Source: Candidatus Methylomirabilia bacterium (GTDB lineage: Bacteria; Methylomirabilota; Methylomirabilia; Rokubacteriales; CSP1-6). From it: a stretch of DNA of 38,243 nucleotides. The position numbers were made by a program, and so were the translations under genes. The notes beneath the pieces were generated by a model. That model ran no database searches, was not told where the DNA came from, and saw nothing but the letters and a program-made list of their open reading frames with translations. The stretch lies in the NCBI GenBank assembly GCA_041496385.1, contig JBGQEL010000035.1, forward strand, positions 1-38,243, in the 5' to 3' direction. Below are positions 8,599 through 15,850 of this stretch, piece after piece. Position 1 is the stretch's first letter. Each line of letters opens with the position of its first letter.

Positions 8599-9108
8599 TC
8601 AGCGGCGGTCGTCGCGGAATTCCTGGTCCAGGATCTCGCGGATGAAGCGGTCGATCGAGACGGGGTAGAAGCGCACGTCCGGCGAGACGATCACGCCGGT
8701 GTTGATGACCTCGCGCTGCGCCAGCTCCTCCAGGACGCGCTGGAGGTGCCCTTCGGGATCGCGCTCCTGCCGCCGGATCTTCAGATCCTCGCTCTCGAGG
8801 GCCACGCGGGAGGCGTACCGGAAGCTGAACACGCGGGCGACGAGCCGCCGGTCCATCAGCTCGGTCTCGCCGAAGATCTCGCCGTAGGTCGGCCCGTCGC
8901 TCCCGCCGGGCCCGACCACGAGGCGCGGCGAGACCTTGATGCGTCCCCGCACCTCCACGGCGCGGCTCGGCTGCTCGCGCTCGCAGCCGACGAGGATGTA
9001 GGGCAGGACGTGGTAGCCGCTGATGATGCCCGTCAGCGGCTTGCGCACCACGCGCGTCTCGTCGAAGACGTGCCGGAGGAACTCCATGTCTTGCCACTCC
9101 TCGGCCAT
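8599..9108 (-). CDS. Hypothetical protein (169 aa)
   Basis: MAEEWQDMEFLRHVF...; strong GC3 coding bias; TGG-TACACT extended -10 lies 7 nt before the ATG. Confidence 0.75.
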   Translation of the reverse strand: MAEEWQDMEFLRHVFDETRVVRKPLTGIISGYHVLPYILVGCEREQPSRAVEVRGRIKVSPRLVVGPGGSDGPTYGEIFGETELMDRRLVARVFSFRYASRVALESEDLKIRRQERDPEGHLQRVLEELAQREVINTGVIVSPDVRFYPVSIDRFIREILDQEFRDDRR

Positions 9109-9129
9109 GCGAGGTAGTGTACCAGCGGC
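9109..9129. promoter_or_regulatory. Bidirectional overlapping -10 elements serving two leaderless genes
   Basis: TAGTGT (+, 9115-9120) and TACACT (-, 9116-9121) within a 21-bp gap between divergent ATGs; no room for an SD. Confidence 0.55.
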
Positions 9130-9285
9130 ATGGATCAACGCCCGCGACCCGTCTCGAGCGCGCCGCGTCCCGGCGTCAAGGAGTGGGTCCACCGGTGCGA
9201 GCGCTGCGGCGAGCGCATGGAAGAGAACCACTGCAAGATCACCTGCCCCAACTGCGGCCTCTTCCGGGACTGCAGCGATCCATGA
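9130..9285 (+). CDS. Small Cys-rich zinc-finger protein (51 aa), HVO_2523-like
   Basis: MDQRPRPVSSAPRPGVKEWVHRCERCGERMEENHCKITCPNCGLFRDCSDP: two CxxCG knuckles plus two more Cys. Absent from the ORF track. Confidence 0.75.
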   Translation: MDQRPRPVSSAPRPGVKEWVHRCERCGERMEENHCKITCPNCGLFRDCSDP

Positions 9286-9310
9286 GCCGGCCGCGCGCCC
9301 GGCGCCCCCG

Positions 9311-9703
9311 CTAGATCACCGCGATCGCCTCGACCTCGATCATCCAGTCCGGCTGCGCGAGCGCGCACACCTGCACGAGCGTCGAGGCCGGCGGCCGCTC
9401 GCCGAAGACCTCGCCCCGGATCGCCGCGAGGTCGGCGCGGTACCGGATGTCGGTCAGGTAGGTGTTGATCTTCACGATGCTCTGCGCCGTGCCACCCGCG
9501 GCCTTCACCTGGGCCACGAGCGCGCGGAACACCTCGCGCGCCTGCGCCTTGAAATCGCCCGGGTGCGCGGCGCCGCCCTTCTTGTCGTAGGCGACCTGGC
9601 CCGCGACGAACACGATCGACTGGGCGCCGGTCACCCGTATCGCCTGGCTGTAGGTGGTCGGGTCGAACACGCTCTTCGCCGCGATCTTCTCGATCTTCGC
9701 CAT
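9311..9703 (-). CDS. Rid (YjgF/YER057c/UK114) family protein lacking the catalytic Arg
   Basis: YSQAI, FVAGQV, PPASTLV (Ser where RidA has Arg105), IEVEAIA; GGAGGGAG RBS. Confidence 0.88.
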   Translation of the reverse strand: MAKIEKIAAKSVFDPTTYSQAIRVTGAQSIVFVAGQVAYDKKGGAAHPGDFKAQAREVFRALVAQVKAAGGTAQSIVKINTYLTDIRYRADLAAIRGEVFGERPPASTLVQVCALAQPDWMIEVEAIAVI

Positions 9704-9742
9704 CGCCTCTCCCTCCGCGCCCGCGGGCTAGAATCCGGCCCC

Positions 9743-10671
9743 ATGCGATCGCCGTCCGAACGCGCCTGGGCCGTCTTCCCCGCGGGATCGCTCGGCGAGT
9801 ATAACCTCCCGGCCGAGCTCTCCGTCGTGCTGGCGCGCGGCGAGGGCGCCACGGTCTGGGACACCGAGGGACGCGCGTTCACCGACTTCACCATGGGCTG
9901 GGGCTCGGTGCTGCTGGGTCACGCGCATCCCGCCATCCTCGCCGCGGTGGGGCGCCAGGCCGAGCGCGGCGCCAACTTCGCGTACGTGAGCGCGCCGGCG
10001 CTCGAGCTGGCCGAGGAGCTGGCGCGCGCCGTCCCCTGCTGCGAGCGCGTGCGCTTCTGCGCCTCCGGCACCGAGGCCACGGCCTACGCGGTGCGCCTCG
10101 CGCGCGCCTTCACGGGGCGGCCCCGCGTCCTGAAGTTCGAGGGCGCCTATCACGGCGCCAACGAGGTCGGCACGGGGGCGGCTACCCGATCGGCGCCGTG
10201 GCCGGCCGCGCCGACGTGCTCGACCTCGTCGCCGAGAGCCGGCTCGGCGAACCGCGCTACGTCTGGTTCGCCTCGAGCCTGGGCGGGAACCCCGTCTCCG
10301 CCGCCGCGGCGCTGGCGACGCTCGAGGAGCTCCGGAAGCCGGTGGCGTACGCGCGGCTCTTCGAGCTCGGTGACGCGCTCCGCGCCGGGCTACGCGCCGT
10401 CCTGCACGACGAAGGCGTGCGGGCGCAGGTGCAGGGCGACGGGCCCCTGGCCGCGGTCGTGTTCACCGATCGCGAGGTGGTGGACTACCGGAGCGCCTTC
10501 GCCGCCGACCGCACGCGCGCGCGCGCGTTCCTGCTCGGCCTCTTCCGTCGCGGCGTCTTCCTGAATCCCATGTCCACCAACCTCTACCTCTCGCTCGCCC
10601 ACACGGAGGCGGACGTGGCGCGCTTCCTCGACGCGGCGCGGACCACGCTGCGCGAGGACTGCCGCGGCTGA
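9743..10671 (+). pseudogene. Class III aminotransferase (HemL/GSA-like) with internal deletion and frameshift
   Basis: N-half (RGEGATVWD, ASGTEAT, KFEGAYHG) joins out of frame at about 10174 to the C-half (GGGYPIGAV, GGNPVS, YLSLAHT). The central DEV and PLP-Lys region is absent. Confidence 0.8.
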
Positions 10672-10679
10672 CGTCCCGG

Positions 10680-11486
10680 TCACGGCGTCTTCCCGGGGGG
10701 CCCGCCCGGGGCCGGGCGGGGGTCCACGGGCGCGATGCCGTGCATGTCCGGCTCGAGCTGGAGGGTGTCCGCGATCTTAGTGTAGCTCGAGAACATCTGG
10801 GTGACGCCGAGGATCTCCATCACGCCGCCCTCGCCGACGCCGCGGCGCCGCATCTCGCCGAGGTGGAACTCGGTGCCGAAGGCCGACCGCGTGGTGACCG
10901 AGACGGCGAAGGCGAGCGCCTCCTTGAACCGCCGCGCGAGGCGGTGGTCGTCGAAGGCGTGGCGGGTGGCCGCCCAGACGTCGGCGAGATACGCGGGATC
11001 GGCGGCGAGCCGGCGAAACGGCGCCGGCACGGCGCGATTGTAGAACGCGCGGATGTCGGCATAGGTCGCCTCGGCCTCCGGGCTCGTCTCGGGGGGCTCG
11101 AGCGAGGCGAGCGGCGAGTCGGCGACGACGTTCAGCGCGTTGGTGATTCCCACCAGGAGCGCGGCCTCGTACCAGAGCGCGTCGTCCGTCATCCCCTGCA
11201 GCTTCCCGGCTGCAGTATGGCCGTGCACTCAGTAGCCGCAGGCGTTCACGCCGCTGACGGCCGCCGCGACCATCTCCTTCTCGGCGCGGGTGAACTCGCC
11301 CGGCGCCATCGCGCGCTTCATCGCGCGGCCGTGCGGCCCGCCGAACTCCGGGTCCCACGCCATCACGCGGCTCATCGCCGGCGGCGCCGCGAAGTCGTGG
11401 TTGAACCACGCCTTCGAGAGCTCGAAGAGCTTCTGCGCGGCCTCGGGGTACTCCCACGCGTCCCTGAGCCTCACCGTCGTCGGCAT
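10680..11486 (-). CDS. Probable selenoprotein, tandem AhpD/carboxymuconolactone decarboxylase (CMD) domains, CxxU motif, 268 aa
   Basis: Track ORFs 11229..11486 and 10680..11228 are in the same frame, separated only by TGA. Read through, they give KEMVAAAVSGVNACGY-U-VHGH, the AhpD CxxCxxxH motif. AAGGAGG RBS. Confidence 0.9.
11196..11215 (-). promoter_or_regulatory. Candidate bacterial SECIS element
   Basis: Minus-strand CTGCAGC-CGGGAA-GCTGCAG, a perfect 7-bp stem beginning 13 nt after the UGA; A/T-ending codons (CAT ACT GCA) atypical for this genome. Confidence 0.75.
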
Positions 11487-11507
11487 CGCGACCTCCTTTT
11501 CGACGCT

Positions 11508-12350
11508 TCAGGCATGCACGATCCAGCGGCCGGGCCATCCCTTCACCGCGCGATCCGCGTCGAGCGCCCCGGCCCGGACGAGTCCGCCCACGGCGCCGAC
11601 GACCTCGGCCGTCCGGAGCCCGAACAGGCGCGCCAGCAACCGCTCGTTAGTGTAGACGGCGCCCCGAACGTAGCGCTCGACCACCTGCTGCACCGCCGCC
11701 TCCCGGCGCATCCGGCGCCCCTCGGCGACCGCCTCGGGCAGCCAGGCCTCGACCAGGTCCCAGCGGTACGAGAAGGTCGGTTCGTACCGCTCTTCGGTCT
11801 TCACCACCCACAGCCCCTGCTGGAGCTCGGCCATCGCGCGCTCGAACTCGCGGGTCCGCGAGGGCTCGAGCATGAACGTGTTGGCGCGCAGCCCGCGCGT
11901 GTACTGGGGGTGCTCGCGCGCCAGCGCGTCCATGAGCCGCCGCGCCGTCTGCGACAGGCGTCCCGCCGCGTACTCCTCGCGGTAGTCGCGCGCGCGCTGG
12001 CGCCCGCGGGCCAGCGCGTAGAACGCCGGGAAGAGGTCGAGCGCCACCAGCACGGGCCGGCCCTTCAGGAGCTTGCCGTAGTAGACGCGCCGCTTCGCGG
12101 GAAGCATGTCCTTCAGCTCCCACGTGAGCCCGATGCCGGCGTCGTGGTGCGAGCGCCTCGGCCAGCGCGGGTTCTCCCGGCCCACCACCGCCTCCCAGAG
12201 ACACGCCACGCCCTCGGGGAAGCGGTAGAAGGTCGAGCACAGCCCGACCTCGTCCACGAACGCGCCGGCCGCGCGCTCGCTCCGGACCCGGCGCGCCGGC
12301 AGCCGCCGGAATGCGCGGTCGCGCAGGCGCTCGAGCGTGCCGGCGGTCAA
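11508..12350 (-). CDS. AlkZ/YcaQ-related winged-helix protein (putative DNA repair)
   Basis: FVDEVGLC, LWEAV, TWELKD, VYYGKLLKGRP and AMAELQQGLWV patterns; TTG start overlaps the upstream stop. Confidence 0.6.
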   Translation of the reverse strand: MTAGTLERLRDRAFRRLPARRVRSERAAGAFVDEVGLCSTFYRFPEGVACLWEAVVGRENPRWPRRSHHDAGIGLTWELKDMLPAKRRVYYGKLLKGRPVLVALDLFPAFYALARGRQRARDYREEYAAGRLSQTARRLMDALAREHPQYTRGLRANTFMLEPSRTREFERAMAELQQGLWVVKTEERYEPTFSYRWDLVEAWLPEAVAEGRRMRREAAVQQVVERYVRGAVYTNERLLARLFGLRTAEVVGAVGGLVRAGALDADRAVKGWPGRWIVHA

Positions 12351-12754
12351 CGCGGGCGGTCGGAGATCCGGACGGCGAGCGCGCGCAGGCGAGCGAGCGT
12401 GGCCGGCGAGAGAAGCGCGGCGAACCCCGCGGGGTCGGCCGTGGCGCGCTCGAGCTCCGCGTTCATCTTCCCGAGGTCGCCCCCCGAGGCGCGCGTGAGG
12501 TCGCCGAAGATCTCGGCCGCGAGCTCGTAGACCTCCTGGGTGAGCTGCGGCGAGCCGCCGACCATGGCCTGGACCCGCGCGTCGAGCCCCGGGGCCTGCG
12601 GGTTCGCGCCGAGCGCGGCGGCACGCTGCGCGGGATCGCGCAGCATCCCGAGCGTCGCGGCGAGCGCCTCCTGGCTGGCGGGGTCGAGCGTCTGCGCCGC
12701 GAGCGGCGTCGCGCAGAGCAGGAGCGCGAGCGAGGTGACCGCCAGGACCTTCAT
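12347..12754 (-). CDS. Hypothetical exported protein
   Basis: Sec signal peptide MKVLAVTSLALLLCATPLAA; helical mature region. Confidence 0.75.
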   Translation of the reverse strand: MKVLAVTSLALLLCATPLAAQTLDPASQEALAATLGMLRDPAQRAAALGANPQAPGLDARVQAMVGGSPQLTQEVYELAAEIFGDLTRASGGDLGKMNAELERATADPAGFAALLSPATLARLRALAVRISDRPR

Positions 12755-12800
12755 GGCCCTTTATTGACCACCTTTCGGACGCTGTTGTAAAGTGCGCCGC

Positions 12801-12944
12801 ATGAAGAAGACGAAGAAGACGTCCGTGGCGAAGAAGCGGGTCGTGGCGAAGAAGCCGGCAAAGAGGAAGAGGTCCTCGGTGACGTACGAGCCCAAGCCGG
12901 TCAAGACCACCGGCTGGGCGCCGTTCCGGTACCCGCTCCAGTAA
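12801..12944 (+). CDS. Small Lys-rich basic protein (47 aa)
   Basis: MKKTKKTSVAKKRVVAKKPAKRKRSSVTYEPKPVKTTGWAPFRYPLQ; preceded by TTGACC-N18-TAAAGT-N7-ATG; GC3-biased codons. Absent from the ORF track. Confidence 0.72.
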   Translation: MKKTKKTSVAKKRVVAKKPAKRKRSSVTYEPKPVKTTGWAPFRYPLQ

Positions 12945-12945
12945 G

Positions 12946-14178
12946 CTGAACAGGCTCCTCCCGCACCTTCTGCCCGGGGGTCTCCTGCTGGCGGGTGCCG
13001 TCGCGGCGCTGCAGGCCTCGGCGCTCCGGGACTCGGTCGCCTCGCTGGCGCCCGCCGCGCCCTGGGTCGTGTTCGGCGCGGGCGTGCTCCTCGGCTGGCG
13101 CTTCCATCGCGGCCAGCTCGTCCTGGCGCTCCTGGTCCTGCTGGCCGCGGAGCGCGCGCTGCTGGTCTGGGCGCCCGTCGGGGCGGCGGCGAGCGGCCAG
13201 GCACGCGTGATCTTCACCGCGCTGGCGGTGCTCGTCCCGCTCGACCTGGTGGCGCTCGCCTGGCTCACCGAGCGCGGGATCGGCCTCTGGGTGCCGGTCG
13301 TGATCGCGGCGGAGCCGCTCGCGGTCGCGCTCTTCCTGAGCCCGGAGCTCGCGCCCGTCACCAGGGCCCTCGAGCACACCCTGGTCGGCGTGACGGGCGC
13401 GATGCCGACCGCGCTCTCGGAGCCCGCGCTCCTGGTCTTCGCGCTGGCGCTCGTCCTCACCGTCACGCGCTTCCTGATGCGCCCGACGATCATCCAGTCG
13501 AGCTTCGCCTGGGCCATCGCGGCGGCGCTCCTCGCCTTCGGTCCCGGCGGCGGCGGGCCGGTGGCCAGCGTCTACTTCTCGATCGGCGGGCTGATCCTGG
13601 TGGTCTCGCTCATCGAGACCTCGCACCGGATGGCGTACATGGACGATCTCACGGGTCTCCCCGGGCGCCGGGCGCTCGACGAGGCCCTGCCGCGGCTCGC
13701 CGGGACGTACGCGATCGCGATGGCGGATATCGATCACTTCAAGCGCTTCAACGACGAGCACGGGCACGACGTGGGCGACCAGCTCCTCAGGAAGATCGGC
13801 GTCGCGCTCGAGCGGGTCGGCGGCGGCGGGCGCGCCTATCGCTACGGCGGCGAGGAGTTCGCGCTACTCTTCCCCGGCCGGACGGCGGACGAGGCGTTGC
13901 CGCACCTCGAGACGGTCCGCAAGGCCATCGAGCGCTCGACCTTCACGCTGCGCGGCCGCGACCGGCCGGCGGCGAAGCCCCCGCAGCCGCCACCCGCCGC
14001 GGGTCGGCGCCGCATCGCCGTCACGATCTCGATCGGCGTCGCCGGCTCGCGCGGCGACGCCGCGGCGCCGGAGGACGTGATCCGCGCCGCCGACCAGGCG
14101 CTCTACCGCGCGAAGCACGCCGGGCGGAACCGGACTTACAAAGCAGCAGCGGCGGCGGCGGGGGGGCAGGGCGCTTGA
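12946..14178 (+). CDS. Membrane-bound diguanylate cyclase (GGDEF domain)
   Basis: Multiple TM helices, then DDLTGLPGRR, DIDHFKRFND..GHDVGD, RYGGEEF, ADQALYRAK. The hydrophobic frame extends to CTG 12946; the track start is GTG 13069. Confidence 0.9.
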   Translation: MNRLLPHLLPGGLLLAGAVAALQASALRDSVASLAPAAPWVVFGAGVLLGWRFHRGQLVLALLVLLAAERALLVWAPVGAAASGQARVIFTALAVLVPLDLVALAWLTERGIGLWVPVVIAAEPLAVALFLSPELAPVTRALEHTLVGVTGAMPTALSEPALLVFALALVLTVTRFLMRPTIIQSSFAWAIAAALLAFGPGGGGPVASVYFSIGGLILVVSLIETSHRMAYMDDLTGLPGRRALDEALPRLAGTYAIAMADIDHFKRFNDEHGHDVGDQLLRKIGVALERVGGGGRAYRYGGEEFALLFPGRTADEALPHLETVRKAIERSTFTLRGRDRPAAKPPQPPPAAGRRRIAVTISIGVAGSRGDAAAPEDVIRAADQALYRAKHAGRNRTYKAAAAAAGGQGA

Positions 14179-14213
14179 CTGGCGGGCGGCGTTGGTGGAC
14201 CCTCGACAGGCAC

Positions 14214-15176
14214 ATGCCTGGATCGCGGCTCGCTGGCCTCGCCGCCCTCGCCACGCTCGCGCTGGCGCACGCGCCCGCGCGCGCCGAGGTGCGTGTGTTC
14301 GTCACGAACGAGAAATCGGACGACGTGACGGTCATCGACGCGGCGACCCGCGCCGTCCTCAAGACGATTCCCGTCGGCAAGCGCCCGCGCGGCGTCGCCG
14401 TGAGTCCCGACGGCCGCCGCGTCTACGTGTCCAACGGCAACTCGGACGACCTGAGCGTCATCGACGCGCGGTCGCTGGCGGTCCTGCGCACCGTGCCGGC
14501 GGGCGTCGATCCGGAAGGGCTGACGTTCAACGTCGCGGGCACCGCCCTCTACGTCGTCAACGAGAACGAGTTCGCGGTCACCGTGCTCGACGCCGAGTCG
14601 CTGAAGGTGATGAAGAAGATCCCGGTCGGGAAGGAGCCCGAGACGGCGGTGGCATCCCCGGACGGCCGCTGGATCGCCGTCTCCAACGAGACCTCCGACG
14701 ACGTGCACGTCATCGAGACGGCGCGCGACGCGGTCGTCGCGCGCATCGCCGTGCCGCGGAATCCGCGCGGGATGCGATTCACCCCCGACTCGCGCCAGCT
14801 CTTCGTCGCCAGCGAGCAGGCGCACGTCGTCTCCGTGATCGACATGGCGCAGATGGCCGTCGTCAGGTCGGCGCCGACGGGCGGCGGCCGCCCGGTCGAC
14901 GTCACGCTGACGCGCGACGGCGCGCGCGCCTACGTCTCGCACGGCCAGTCCGGCGACGTGCGGGTGCTGGACACCGCCTCGTTGAAGGTGCTCGCGACGA
15001 TCGCGGTCGGGCCGCGCACCTGGTGGACGGCGCTGACGCCGGACGGCCGGTTCCTCTACGCGACGGTCGGGCGCGCCAACGAGGTCGCGGTGATCGACAC
15101 CGAGTCGAACGCCGTGGTCGCTCGGGTCCCGTGCGGCACGCTGCCGTGGGGCGTCGCGATCGCGAACGTCCCCTGA
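14214..15176 (+). CDS. Exported YVTN beta-propeller protein (PQQ-catabolism-associated type)
   Basis: Signal peptide; about 7 repeats of the form VYV(S/T)N..SD.V.VID / VG..P.G; lies near the PQQ dehydrogenase. Confidence 0.88.
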   Translation: MPGSRLAGLAALATLALAHAPARAEVRVFVTNEKSDDVTVIDAATRAVLKTIPVGKRPRGVAVSPDGRRVYVSNGNSDDLSVIDARSLAVLRTVPAGVDPEGLTFNVAGTALYVVNENEFAVTVLDAESLKVMKKIPVGKEPETAVASPDGRWIAVSNETSDDVHVIETARDAVVARIAVPRNPRGMRFTPDSRQLFVASEQAHVVSVIDMAQMAVVRSAPTGGGRPVDVTLTRDGARAYVSHGQSGDVRVLDTASLKVLATIAVGPRTWWTALTPDGRFLYATVGRANEVAVIDTESNAVVARVPCGTLPWGVAIANVP

Positions 15177-15192
15177 CGCGGCCCGACGCGCC

Positions 15193-15708
15193 TCAGGTCA
15201 GGAGCCGGAGCCAGCGCGGCGCGCGCCCGCCCAGCCACGCGAGGATCCAGCCGTCCAGACCCCACGCGCGCCCCGCGCGGGCCCCGAGGAAGACGAGCAT
15301 CGAGGTCACCAGGAGGACGTGGAATCCCTGCTGCCCAAAGCTCATCCACTGGCTCGCGAGCCCGTAGTTCAGGCTCAGGAAGAGGCCGACGAGCGCGGTG
15401 AGGCCGGTCAACAGCCCGAGCACGAGGCCGAGACCGACTGCCACTTCGCCGAAGGCCTGCAGCGTCGCGAACACGCGGCTCTGCGGCAGGACGACGCTCT
15501 CGAGGAAGTCCCGGTACCAGGCCAGCGGGTTGCCCGCGGCGAACTCGGCGACGCGTTTGGGGTAGAAGCCGAGGAACCGCGCCGAGACGGCCGGGTACGG
15601 CACCGCGCCCCACAGCCACTCGACGACCAGCTTCGTCCACACCGCCTTGATGAACCACGCGCCGACGACGACGCGGAGCAGCGCGATCCAGAGGTGGGGC
15701 AGGCGCAT
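15193..15708 (-). CDS. DoxX/DoxD-family membrane protein
   Basis: ALLRVVVGAWF, WYRDFL, GEVAVGLGLVLGLLT, AGRAWGLD. Confidence 0.8.
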   Translation of the reverse strand: MRLPHLWIALLRVVVGAWFIKAVWTKLVVEWLWGAVPYPAVSARFLGFYPKRVAEFAAGNPLAWYRDFLESVVLPQSRVFATLQAFGEVAVGLGLVLGLLTGLTALVGLFLSLNYGLASQWMSFGQQGFHVLLVTSMLVFLGARAGRAWGLDGWILAWLGGRAPRWLRLLT

Positions 15709-15850
15709 CGGCGCCCACTTCAATACGGCGGCGCGCGCTTGTCAACCGTCGACTGAGCGTCTTGACAACCACGGGGCCACCTTCTACAAGGGGCACACGG
15801 CGGGAATCCGGCAGCGAAGCCGGCCCGTCCCGGAGCAAAGGGGGCTCTCC

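Noticed and set aside
10172..10180. Programmed frameshift in the aminotransferase
   Set aside because: About 120 codons including the PLP lysine are missing, so a frameshift would not give an active enzyme.
10680..11486. Interpretation as two genes or a nonsense pseudogene
   Set aside because: The stop is UGA exactly at the second Cys of the AhpD motif, a SECIS-like hairpin follows, and there is no other sign of decay.
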